Source: Nemertoderma westbladi
Taxonomy: Eukaryota > Animalia > Xenacoelomorpha
Direction of reading: 5' to 3'
NCBI GenBank assembly: GCA_032718475.1
Contig: JAUCBJ010008198.1
Location: 60,151 to 124,150, forward strand
Length of the DNA stretch: 64,000 nucleotides
A model generated the notes under the pieces. It was not told the DNA's origin. It saw nothing but the letters and a program-made list of their open reading frames with translations, and searched no databases. Below are positions 12,801-22,153 of the stretch, one piece after another (within the stretch, counting starts at the first letter, position 1; each line of letters starts with the position of its first letter). Both the position numbers and the translations under genes were made by a program.

Positions 12801-14577
12801 CCTATATGCGACTATGGTATCCACCGGTAATAGTCTATCAGGTGAGATACAAAATGCTAACCTGCGACAATGGTTACTACAGTGCCTCGTGGACCATAAA
12901 CTACGAGATCCAGAAACCCTGGATCCTGTTCACTTACCAGACTTAAATGCACCAACCATCACGGACCCGACATTAGCAGGTACCATCACCACCAAGCACC
13001 ATAACATACAGGAACAGAAATCCTCACAATGCATCAATTTATTTGGACTTATACAGCACCCCCGAAAGAAAGCAATCAATCTAATAGCTAATACTGCAAA
13101 TGGGGACTTATCAAAGCATAGGAATAAGTTATTCGAGGACTTAAAATCATTTATGTCACCTCTACAGCAGCTGTCACTACAGCTCTATCCACGGAACTCT
13201 CATAGGGAGTTAGCCACTGATGTATATGAGATGCTCTTAGCTATTCGAGAAAAGGTCCTTTCAAACCAATGCCGCAAGAGGATGTATACAACAGATAATA
13301 TCAAACTGGACAAAAATGAACAGGACAACATACGGCTTCTGAGAAATGACTTCATAACTGCTATCGCATCCCTACAATCACGCATCTGCCTACTCGAAAC
13401 CAATAACGACAAACTAAAAGAGCAAAATAAGACAATAGAACAAGATTTAAATCATGAGCGTAACTCCCGGATTGTACTGGAGGAAAAGTTTCGGAATATC
13501 ATTTCAACCAGGAAACAGGGCAACTCTGCCATAGGCACGCAATGCACCCTGACCCCAAGTAATGATACGGAATCCGACTGGCTGATAATAGACTCAATTA
13601 ATGATGATGACGACTTACCAGGAACTTTTTCTTCACCCGAATCAACTTTACATGAAGTAAAATTCCAGGATGAGCGCAGTAGCCAGCAATCGAAGGATTA
13701 TAGTACTTCATTCAGTATGCCGAGGAACAAACATGTAGCAAAACAACCGCCACGGCAAAGGGACATGGGCGGTACAATCATTGGCCCCAACCCTTATCAC
13801 CTACTAAGTAATTTCGATACCGATAACACAATGTCAGACACTACCAGCAGACACACTACTGTCCGTAAAGATAAGCAGCAACAGCATGTCGTTCAACATC
13901 AACCAAAGAGGATTACCAAAAGAATTGCAGTGAACTCGGGAAATAATTGCAAGGGAGAGGACAACTTAATCAATTCTGAAAGATGTGGAGTTCCATTGAT
14001 GTGCGCCGAATCACGCCTCAGAGTACAACTCTTTATTTCTGGCATTAATAAGAACAACACCGAGGATGATGTAGTAAACTTCCTTATCGAAAGGAAAATT
14101 GCTGTGCATCGAATCACAACTCGCCTACATGGAGATGGGAAAAGCGTTCGCCTTACTACTGACGCTAACCTTAAAGATACTCTTATGCACAATGCATTCT
14201 GGCCTTCTGGGATTGTATGTAAAGAATGGGTCACAAACCCAGATAGACATGCAACTAATGACTGGCAAGGACGACGTTCAAGAAAGCAATCTGACAACAG
14301 TTCTGCACTAAACCATAAGGAACAGCATAGCTCCCCAGATGCCTCCAAAGAATCTTCTATAGATGATCACTCCCGTAGTTTTCATGAGAAATCAAGAAAA
14401 CATAACTACAGAGCACCAAGTGACTTGAGATGCTACAGTGCAATCACGCATGATCTTAACAGGCAGGAAAACTCCAAAGCAGACACAAGACAACACAAGC
14501 GAGATTACATGAAACACTACCAAATCGCACAGGATTACTATCTGACGAGGAATCCACTTAACAGGTCTCATTTTTAA
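9868..14577 (+). CDS. LINE ORF1 (1569 aa): SAP-like motif, ~44 x 10-aa repeats, Ulp1/SENP-like C48 protease domain, coiled coil, RRM-like domain
   Basis: SAP-like KLTTVRLKKMLAAHHVSTMGSRSELLIR. C48-like LQPGCKLSTVIVDSF..FPDCFNDHFVL..PLQKPLSKDCGVFAC. Heptad region ~13360-13490. LFISGINKNNTEDDV..SVRL..FWPSGIVCKEW is typical of CR1/L2-group ORF1 RRMs. Confidence 0.85.
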   Translation: MENVRKLTTVRLKKMLAAHHVSTMGSRSELLIRAERVMRSVSRHTERSLAIRDELADPRMIWDEPPDPTMIRDELANPTMIRDEPVHPTMIRDKPSEPRMIRDELSDPTIIRDESVDPTMIRDKPSEPRMIRDELANPRMIRDEPPDLTMIRDEPVDQMMIRDKPSEPRIIRDVLADPTSIRDEPVDPTMIRDKPSEPRMIRDELANPRMIRDEPPDLTMIWDEPVDPTMIRDKPSEPRMIRDELADPRMIRDEPADPRMIRDELANPRMIRDEPPDPTMIWDEPAHSTMIREVLADPTMIRDEPADPTTIRNEPADPRMIRDEPPDPTMIRNEPADPRMIRDEPAGPRMIRDEPSNPRTIRDEPAVPRMIQDEPSNPRMIRDEPTIPTMIRNEPADPRMNRDEPAGPRMIRDEPSNPRTIRDEPAVPRMIQDEPSNPRMIRDEPAIPRMIRDEPPEPRMIWDEPADPKLIPDEPADPRMIRDEPANPRMIRNRANASMGMRQPQADVIDITPTPTFPQLPGWVGPGIHTAHDPARRSSEIGYSHNYQLRPKLDRNNGLVSYSSIIGNIYSPTHLIQTSHTSTQLPQTNPTPLTYPTPSHQELSPPLPQLNITEHPSTNHHAHFTGVMVEDLHSDGIWRPRDVTVRDIPISVSNSKLLDHMPCTDRAVTQSGACRTDQSYGGHLQPTSGPSGMSTPELIDISDNALLQVTDLNLPSTVTDSQALMSKAKRSKISDFFKPITHKKGGITPDHPTTIITSTENSNHMVMSNINRNKDVVYMGEHKYSQGEVNKFYPDTDLEHDDVRIRDAILKTPVINSKVIIKPSDPDWDYLQPGCKLSTVIVDSFLSILNNSMGDDRIGCIDSSLCSKLHQERFDYASALKYITSTCNIRSTSLCLFPDCFNDHFVLHIANLSDHSVYTLCSINAMTRPSTVTRRICKLLNSIEYVSGGAKSSWTAVSHINNYPLQKPLSKDCGVFACLYATMVSTGNSLSGEIQNANLRQWLLQCLVDHKLRDPETLDPVHLPDLNAPTITDPTLAGTITTKHHNIQEQKSSQCINLFGLIQHPRKKAINLIANTANGDLSKHRNKLFEDLKSFMSPLQQLSLQLYPRNSHRELATDVYEMLLAIREKVLSNQCRKRMYTTDNIKLDKNEQDNIRLLRNDFITAIASLQSRICLLETNNDKLKEQNKTIEQDLNHERNSRIVLEEKFRNIISTRKQGNSAIGTQCTLTPSNDTESDWLIIDSINDDDDLPGTFSSPESTLHEVKFQDERSSQQSKDYSTSFSMPRNKHVAKQPPRQRDMGGTIIGPNPYHLLSNFDTDNTMSDTTSRHTTVRKDKQQQHVVQHQPKRITKRIAVNSGNNCKGEDNLINSERCGVPLMCAESRLRVQLFISGINKNNTEDDVVNFLIERKIAVHRITTRLHGDGKSVRLTTDANLKDTLMHNAFWPSGIVCKEWVTNPDRHATNDWQGRRSRKQSDNSSALNHKEQHSSPDASKESSIDDHSRSFHEKSRKHNYRAPSDLRCYSAITHDLNRQENSKADTRQHKRDYMKHYQIAQDYYLTRNPLNRSHF
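10018..11343 (+). repeat. In-frame 30-bp coding minisatellite in ORF1 (~44 units, IRDEPADPRM-like)
   Basis: Every unit is 30 bp (ATCCGGGACGAACC..GA(C/G)GATG), with many substitutions but no frameshifts. Confidence 0.95.
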
Positions 14578-14593
14578 CAATGGATTCAAGGAT

Positions 14594-17500
14594 ATGCCAG
14601 TCGCAAATACCAAAATAACCAAATATACAGAAAACTGCACTGGCCCCACCCTCACAGAACATCAAGCCAAGACATCTCCAAAGGACATTCCATCTCCAAA
14701 GGTGGACTCTGCAGCGAATAAGAACACTGGTACTAGCAACACGGATTATAAATCTTCTAAAGTAAGACTTACATTAGGATCCTTTAACTGCCACGGGTAC
14801 TCGAGTAGCATCGATCAGATATACAAACTGCTTGAAGTATGCGATGTCATTGGAATTCAGGAGCACTGGATGGATGCTATAGAGCTTGATCATGTAGCTA
14901 AGAAATCATTCAATGAAAACTTCGAGCTCGTATACTCCACCAGCGATTTAATGAATAACCCTAATAGGGTTAGAGGCGCTGGAGGGGTAGCCTTGGCATT
15001 CCGCAGAGGTAAAGTATGTAACTGGGCCAAAGTCGCTTCTGGGGACGACATTGTTGGAATAATTGGTGACACTGGCAATGTTCGCGTTCTTCTACTTTCA
15101 GGCTATGCTCCAGACTCTAACAAAAACATTCAAAGTTATAATGAGCATCTTGGTCGCCTTACTGCTTTAATCGCCATGTACCCAGTGGCAATCCCTATCA
15201 TTATGATGGATGCTAACGCGGACTTAGGGTCTGAACAAGGACCACGATTTCACAGACCCAATGCAACAGACCGCGGTCTCATTCTGAACAACTTCCTACT
15301 CAACCACAATCTTACAGCTATAGACACACTTGACAACGTGGCAGGACCAGCATATACTTATATTGGGGGTGGTCATCGGAGTTATATCGACCACATTGTG
15401 ATGCCTATCAATGGTCCATTTAAAGTCATAGGGGGATACATCATAGAACATGACGAAGCAGAAAATTTTTCTGATCATCTACCAATCGTGATTTCAATCA
15501 ACTGTGACGTTGCAAAGGAAGGGTTGGTGGAACAAACTGCTACAAAACAGACGCCTATACGATTTAACTGGAGAAGCGCATCCAAAAAACAGAAAGACCA
15601 GTACTATCGAACCTTAGATAATCACCTTGAGGGGATGGCATTACTCGCTATCGACACCATAGACGACCTCAATACTCTTGCCAACAACATTAACTCTGCG
15701 TTACACAAATCAGCACTTGAATCTATTAATGTAATAAAAAAGAAAAGGACAACCAAAAATTATAGAATACGCTCAGCTACTCTTTCGGAGCGATGCCGAA
15801 CCACCCGCAGCCTGTACAACCTATGGGTCAATAATGGGAAAGATCCTAACGATGAGGTGGGGATCGCCTTCAAACAGTCCAAACGCGGAGTACGACAACT
15901 AAAAAATGCACTTATGAAGACACACGTTGCAAGATCGGTCGGTGAAGTAACTCACAAGCTGAAGTGCAACCCAAAGGGTTTCTGGCGTAAATTTTCAAAC
16001 AAGGGAACTTCAAGTACACCACCAACTCAGATTCAGGAACAAATACGTCAGTCATATAGGGACAGAATCACAAGAAACGTTACTAGTACTACCAATATCA
16101 CCGATAATTTGGACAGACAATGCAAGAATACTACTATGCCTACCATATCTGAAGAAACTATAAGGAAATCTATTCTATCGTTATCGGTAGGGAAGTCGCC
16201 AGACCTCAATTCTATAACAGTGGAGCACCTTTTATCCGCCAACCCCGAGACTATGTGTCACCTGTTAGCAAATATGTACAATGCAAGTATACGTATTGGC
16301 ATGGTGCCCGATGTTTTTGGAGCAACTATCATAACAAGTCTATTCAAAGGGAAGAGGAAGGATCCCATGAGAACTAACTCTTATAGACCGATTGCCAGCA
16401 TATGCCTATTAGCAAAGGTACTCGAGCGTATAATATACAAGGGCTTCCTTGAGAATATCCTTCCAAGAAACGACTATCAGTTAGCATATAAAGAACATGT
16501 GGGATGCGAGGCTGCCATCGGTTTGATACTGGAATGTATACAACACTTTAGTGAACTAGGATCAGGTCTGTATATGTGCCAACTTGATATCAAATCCGCT
16601 TTTGACGAAGTTGACCACGCAGTTCTCTTCGAGAAGTTATCAGGAATTATAAACCCATTCATTTGCCGTCTACTGGTTCATTATTACAGCATCGCCATGG
16701 TGTACCTCAAGTTTGGAAATCTGATAGATGTGGTTGGCATAAATATGCCTAGAGGGATCATGCAAGGATCATTACTGTCACCATGCTTATTTAATCTTTA
16801 CACCATCAGCGTCATGCAGTCGCTAACTGAATCCGGACTGGGGTGCATGATCAACGATATCTGGTTCGGCTGCATAATGTATGCTGATGATGTTTTTCTT
16901 TTAGCCACTACAATACAGGAAATAGAACTCATGTCAAATATACTGAACATGGGGCTCGATAAGTTACAACTAATGTTCGAGCCGTCTAAATGTCACTGGA
17001 TGTACAGCGAAGCTAACAACAACACTTACATACCGTGTTTCCTCAATATTAATGGGCAGCTAATACCGGAAAGTCAGACAATCGAGTTCCTGGGCTACAC
17101 TCTTTCTTCCAACAAAACTAGCGCACACGCTGCCGCAGAGTGCACTCAGCATATATGGAAAATGGGAGGAATTTTTCAACAGAAAGGGTGGACATCGCAA
17201 TGGTTAGATACCGAAACATTATCATATCTCTGGAAGTCACTTGTAATCCCAAGCTTGACATACAAGCTGAAGTATACGATTGGTAACCTGAGCAAGAATG
17301 ACATATCTCGTATCGATTCAGCATATAGACAGGCTCTACGCCGACTTCTGCATGTTGGAGTATATATAAACAACGACACATTATACGAACTCCTGAATAT
17401 TTTGCCTCTCAGCACCATGGCCTATCGTGGCGCCGTGTCAACATTATTGCAAATACTTAGATGCCCTATATTCACCTTACAAACTAGCTTCCGGTACATT

Positions 17501-17764
17501 GCTTTGGATAATGCGATATCCCGCACGTTATACAGGGGCCTTATGAGCACCTACAGACGAGCAAAGGAAACTCACCAAATCCCTTCCATGTGGTCTATAC
17601 TAACATGTGAATATGACAAACGTGCACTTTTGACAGGACTTCAAACTGGCAATAGCTCGCTTGACGACATAATCTGTGCTAATTTTGTAAAGAATTGCTA
17701 CGATCTGCACGGAGTAACTTTTAAAACTAAACATAATAGAATACTACAATTTTACGGATTTTAA
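14594..17764 (+). CDS. LINE ORF2: apurinic-like endonuclease plus reverse transcriptase (1056 aa)
   Basis: APE motifs SFNCHG, IQEHW, GGVA, YAP, DAN, YIDH, SDHLP. RT motifs KSPD, YRPIA, LDIKSAFD, GIMQGSLLSPCLFNLY, YADD, FLG. Confidence 0.95.
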   Translation: MPVANTKITKYTENCTGPTLTEHQAKTSPKDIPSPKVDSAANKNTGTSNTDYKSSKVRLTLGSFNCHGYSSSIDQIYKLLEVCDVIGIQEHWMDAIELDHVAKKSFNENFELVYSTSDLMNNPNRVRGAGGVALAFRRGKVCNWAKVASGDDIVGIIGDTGNVRVLLLSGYAPDSNKNIQSYNEHLGRLTALIAMYPVAIPIIMMDANADLGSEQGPRFHRPNATDRGLILNNFLLNHNLTAIDTLDNVAGPAYTYIGGGHRSYIDHIVMPINGPFKVIGGYIIEHDEAENFSDHLPIVISINCDVAKEGLVEQTATKQTPIRFNWRSASKKQKDQYYRTLDNHLEGMALLAIDTIDDLNTLANNINSALHKSALESINVIKKKRTTKNYRIRSATLSERCRTTRSLYNLWVNNGKDPNDEVGIAFKQSKRGVRQLKNALMKTHVARSVGEVTHKLKCNPKGFWRKFSNKGTSSTPPTQIQEQIRQSYRDRITRNVTSTTNITDNLDRQCKNTTMPTISEETIRKSILSLSVGKSPDLNSITVEHLLSANPETMCHLLANMYNASIRIGMVPDVFGATIITSLFKGKRKDPMRTNSYRPIASICLLAKVLERIIYKGFLENILPRNDYQLAYKEHVGCEAAIGLILECIQHFSELGSGLYMCQLDIKSAFDEVDHAVLFEKLSGIINPFICRLLVHYYSIAMVYLKFGNLIDVVGINMPRGIMQGSLLSPCLFNLYTISVMQSLTESGLGCMINDIWFGCIMYADDVFLLATTIQEIELMSNILNMGLDKLQLMFEPSKCHWMYSEANNNTYIPCFLNINGQLIPESQTIEFLGYTLSSNKTSAHAAAECTQHIWKMGGIFQQKGWTSQWLDTETLSYLWKSLVIPSLTYKLKYTIGNLSKNDISRIDSAYRQALRRLLHVGVYINNDTLYELLNILPLSTMAYRGAVSTLLQILRCPIFTLQTSFRYIALDNAISRTLYRGLMSTYRRAKETHQIPSMWSILTCEYDKRALLTGLQTGNSSLDDIICANFVKNCYDLHGVTFKTKHNRILQFYGF

Positions 17765-18093
17765 GTTTGTTCCTTTATTGCATACTCTTAATTCGAACCG
17801 TATACATACTTATATATAACTATATCGATTTGATTAATGTTAATTATAACGTGTCGTCCCTATGCTATACTAACCCTACCCAACATTGATTGTATAATCA
17901 CTGGTGCCATTTTTAAGCTTTATTTTTAGCCAACTATTGACTTATATTTTATTTAATAATTTAGTAGTGATGTTGATCCTGTTCGTTTACTATGATTTTA
18001 TAATAGTGTAATCGGCATAATTGTATAATCGTCACAATTTTACTAATAAATGCCAGCTAGCCTGGTTTGCGCTTATGTGCGCGAGTATAATAA

Positions 18094-19250
18094 TATACTT
18101 TCTAGTGCGCTCTAGATACATTTTCTAGTGCGCTCTAGATACACTTTCTAGTGCCCACTAGATATACTTTCTAGTGCGCTCTAGATACATTTTCTAGTGC
18201 GCACTAGATACACTTTCTAGTGCGCTCTAGATACATTTTCTAGTGCGCACTAGATACACTTTCTAGTGCGCTCTAGTCTAGATACATTTTCTAGTGCGCA
18301 GTAGATACACTTTCTAGTGCGCTCTAGATACATTTTCTAGTGCGCTCTAGATACACTTTCTAGTGCGCTCTAGATACATTTTCTAGTGCGCTCTAGATAC
18401 ATAGATACATTTTCTAGTGCGTACTAGACACATTTTCTAGTGCGTACTAGATACATTTTCTAGTGCGTTCTAGATACACTTTCTAGTGCGCTCTAGATAC
18501 ATTTTCTAGTGCGCTCTAGATACATAGATACATTTTCTAGTGCGTACTAGACACATTTTCTAGTGCGTACTAGATACATTTTCTAGTGCGCACTAGATAC
18601 ACTTTCTAGCGCGCACTAGATATACTTTCTAGTGCGCTCTAGATACATTTTCTAGTGCGCTCTAGATACACTTTCTAGTGTGCTCTAGTCTAGATACATT
18701 TTCTAGTGCGCAGTAGAAACACTTTCTAGTGCGCTCTAGATACATTTTCTAGTGCGCACTAGATACACTTTCTAGTGCGCACTAGATATACTTTCTAGTG
18801 CGCTCTAGATACATTTTCTAGTGCGCTCTAGATAAATAGATACATTTTCTAGTGCGTACTAGACACATTTTCTAGTGCGTACTAGATACATTTTCTAGTG
18901 CGCACTAGATAAACTTTCTAGTGCGCACTAGATACACTTTCTAGTGCGCTCTATATACATTTTCTAGTGCGCTCTAGATACACTTTCTAGTGCGCACTAG
19001 ATACATTTTCTAGTGCGCACTAGATACATTTTCTAGTGCGCTCTAGATACACTTTCTAGTGCGCTCTAGATACATTTTCTAGTTCGCACTAGATACACTC
19101 TCTAGTGCGCTCTAGATACATTTTCTAGTGCGCTCTAGATACACTTTCTAGTGCGCTCTAGATACATTTTCTAGTGCGCTCTAGATACACTTTCTAGTGC
19201 GTACTAGATACATTTTCTAGTGCGCTCTAGATACACTTTCTAGTGCTCTA
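18094..19250. repeat. 23-bp palindromic satellite, block 2 (~50 units)
   Basis: Same unit as block 1; resumes in register after the LINE. Confidence 0.95.
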
Positions 19251-19349
19251 GTGTAGATATTCCAGTATTCACAGTACAGACAGGTGTAGGCCTTCATTCA
19301 GTCATTGTAATCGATTCAAGAACCTCTTCTGCCTTCTTTTAAAAAAATA

Positions 19350-19784
19350 ATGACGACGACTACATATTATACATTGGATGATTATTATTATTATTATTAT
19401 TATATTATTATTATATTATATTATACATTGTTACGTAATAATGCTGACGATATTTGGGTAGTAATCAACAATAATGTTTTTAACGTAACAAAATTCATCG
19501 AGGAACATCCAGGTGGGGAAGAAGTATTACTGGAACAGCGGGGCAAAGATGGTACCGATGCCTTCGAGGACGTTGGCCACAGTTCCTACGCCAAGGAGCT
19601 CATGCTTTCTTACAAAATAGGGGAAATTGCTGAACAAGATAGAATCGGTTACACACGGAAAGAATCTAGTCCCGGCGTTTCGAGTTCAAATACCTCGGGA
19701 TTGCGGAATTTTCTGATTCCCTTGTTGTGCGGTCTTATTGCCGTTGTTATATACCGGTGGGTTATCATTCCGCGATTCTCATGA
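19350..19784 (+). CDS. CYB5: Cytochrome b5 (tail-anchored), intronless, with an in-frame (TAT)n insertion near the N-terminus
   Basis: WVVINNNVFNVTKFIEEHPGGEEVL..DGTDAFEDVGHS with both heme-ligand His residues (HPGG, GHS). C-terminal TM segment FLIPLLCGLIAVVIYRW. AATAAA at 19841. Confidence 0.92.
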   Translation: MTTTTYYTLDDYYYYYYYIIIILYYTLLRNNADDIWVVINNNVFNVTKFIEEHPGGEEVLLEQRGKDGTDAFEDVGHSSYAKELMLSYKIGEIAEQDRIGYTRKESSPGVSSSNTSGLRNFLIPLLCGLIAVVIYRWVIIPRFS

Positions 19785-21290
19785 TCAGGGAAATATCTGA
19801 CTATTATTTTGCAAATGATTATTGGAATTCATGAACGCTGAATAAATTAGCTGCTGAACCTGAATTTGTTACAATTACTGAATTACCTACTAAAAAGCAA
19901 ATACATCAATAATGCAACTTGACTGTTGATGTGGTATCGTGAACTCATGTGATATGTATATTACAGCTTCCGGGACTACAGGACTATTACACAAGGTATA
20001 ATAATATAAAGATTTACAATTATGTGCACTGCTGCAGAGTGCTTTATTCATGAGAAGCCTATGCTGTACCCAGTACGGTACTACACAGTTTCTATGTTTT
20101 ATTACATGTTCCGTTAACTCTGCCAGACTTAACTCACATGAGTGTGTGGGGGTGTAAGACTCGTGTGTTTACCTCTTTAGTTAATATATATAACAAGCCC
20201 CCGTTAGTCATTATGTAGTTTTTATGACATTCGATATATGTATATTTACTGGTTTATTCTACCGCCCCAACATATTTTCTTCAATTAAGTTCAGCAACAT
20301 GTTTTACATACACATACACGGTGCTTCTACCATGCAAGATATACTAAAGCTCAGAGTAATTATTATCACTACCGTACCATTTTTTTATTAATTATTAATT
20401 AACTCAACTACATAATCTTAGAAATGTGTAAATAACGTGTGATAATTTTACTGTCCGCATGTTCAAATATGGCTCAGTGAATCGAAGCATTCCATTTATC
20501 TTATATCGGTGTGATGTATGATGGTGTCTGCAATAGTAAAGTACATCCGCATGTAGACGTAGAGCGTTTAATATTACATTACTACTATTACATTACCATT
20601 TTATACGGTACAATTGCGATTGTTGCCCTACACCACATACCAGTGTTCGCTATAGAGGAAGCCAACATTACATAATAAAATAGTACGATATCTTTATTTA
20701 ATATCACTATCAAACTTTCACAATGATCCCGCGCCTTAACTTTTACTCCTTATCGCTTTTTGCACAAAATGATTTTCACAATGCGCATTAAATGTCAGTT
20801 TCTCATATATATAATTTTATGGTTTGTTTAAAATTATTTTGGTCGGGTATCGGTTAGTGGATTTCATATTACAGTATATAAAATAACTATGATTTAGAAA
20901 CTACTCCGGTAAGAAAAAGGCGTTATTTTGTGTAACTAGTACTAAACAAAATAGCACGCGAATTGCACATAATCCTTGCACTTTTAATACAGTTAGGTGA
21001 AGTGTTTAACTGTTTATGTGTATGTTGTGTTAGCTATGAATTATGAATAGATGTATCTTATCAATTAAATATCTTATTGAATATCATTTGAAGATCCACA
21101 CCATTATATGAATAAATTTAGTCAGTAGTGTCAATGCCGATTTAGGAGAATGTTAACTTAATATCTGTCATTGTCAACTTCTCTTGTATCTCGTAATAAT
21201 CTTGTGCTTTGATATTGTGGGTAGGTAGGTTCACTACACACCGTGGGCACAAGATTATGGTTGAAATCCAGGACCAGGATATAATAAATA

Positions 21291-21352
21291 CAATGTGTTC
21301 CAATTAAAGTGACTTGTCAATGAGTTTTTAAAAAAGCAATTGGAACACCCTG
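21291..21352. mobile_element. Tiny mariner-like MITE remnant
   Basis: TA|CAATGTGTTCCAATT ... AATTGGAACACCCTG|TA. Confidence 0.5.
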
Positions 21353-21680
21353 TATGTATGTATGTATGTATGTTGATACAGCAGAGTTTTAAAAGCCGGA
21401 TATATTGCCTAAAAAATACATGCAGTCAGTCCTTATTTTTTTATTTGTAGAGATATAAAACAACAATGTGCCTTGCACTTACCCATATACAGTAGGTAAT
21501 TAATTGATTTTAGATATTTCCTGGTAACCGATGTGATAGAGAGAGCGTTTCATTGAATTATATTCTATTAATAGTAGTAGCTGAATGTAGCTGAATTACA
21601 CGTATTGTTTCTATATTGTTTATCTCAATTTGTAAAAAATTTGTATTTACACTTTATTTAATATACAACAATTTAATAAA

Positions 21681-21935
21681 GTGCGCTCTATATACATTTT
21701 CTAGTGCGCACTAGATACACTTCCTAGTGCGCTCTAGATACACTTTCTAGTGCGCACTAGATACATTTTCTAGTGCGCTCTAGATACATTGTCTAGTGCG
21801 CACTAGATACATTTTCTAGTGCGCTCTAGATACATTGTCTAGTGCGCACTAGATACATTTTCTAGTGCGCTCTAGATACATTGTCTAGTGCGCACTAGAT
21901 ACATTTTCTAGTGCGCACTAGATACATTTTCTAGT
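21681..21935. repeat. 23-bp palindromic satellite, block 3 (~11 units), adjoining the right TIR
   Basis: Same unit and orientation as blocks 1 and 2. Confidence 0.95.
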
Positions 21936-22153
21936 TTTCAATAATGTACCTTTAGGGGCTCCATAGGTCGCACATAAACGGTGAACTTTCAGCTCATAAA
22001 TGAGCTTTGGCTATATTGCAATAGACCAGCTATTATAAAAGGGTTGAACAATATTTAGTTGGTAAAATAGTGGTTCCTTCTGATTGGTTGTCTATGCTAG
22101 AGCCTATAGAGATACGAGTTTTCAACTTTCAAGTAAGATAGAACATATGCCCA

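Larger units (their letters stand above)
9587..18093 (+). mobile_element. Full-length non-LTR retrotransposon (APE-type, CR1/L2 group), ~8.5 kb
   Basis: ~280-bp 5' UTR, two intact ORFs, 3' UTR with AATAAA, small hairpins and a short (TAA)n tail. It splits a satellite unit at ACTAGA^TATACTTT with no evident TSD. Confidence 0.92.
4994..21965. mobile_element. Composite non-autonomous TIR element made of a 23-bp satellite, containing a LINE and a cytochrome b5 gene
   Basis: Left end TACGGAGCCCCTAAAAGGTACATTTTGAAAA; right end reverse complement TATGGAGCCCCTAAAGGTACATTATTGAAAA. Flanks GGTCTC (4988-4993) and GGTCGC (21966-21971) fit a 6-bp TSD with one mismatch. The same satellite abuts both TIRs. 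Confidence 0.8.
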
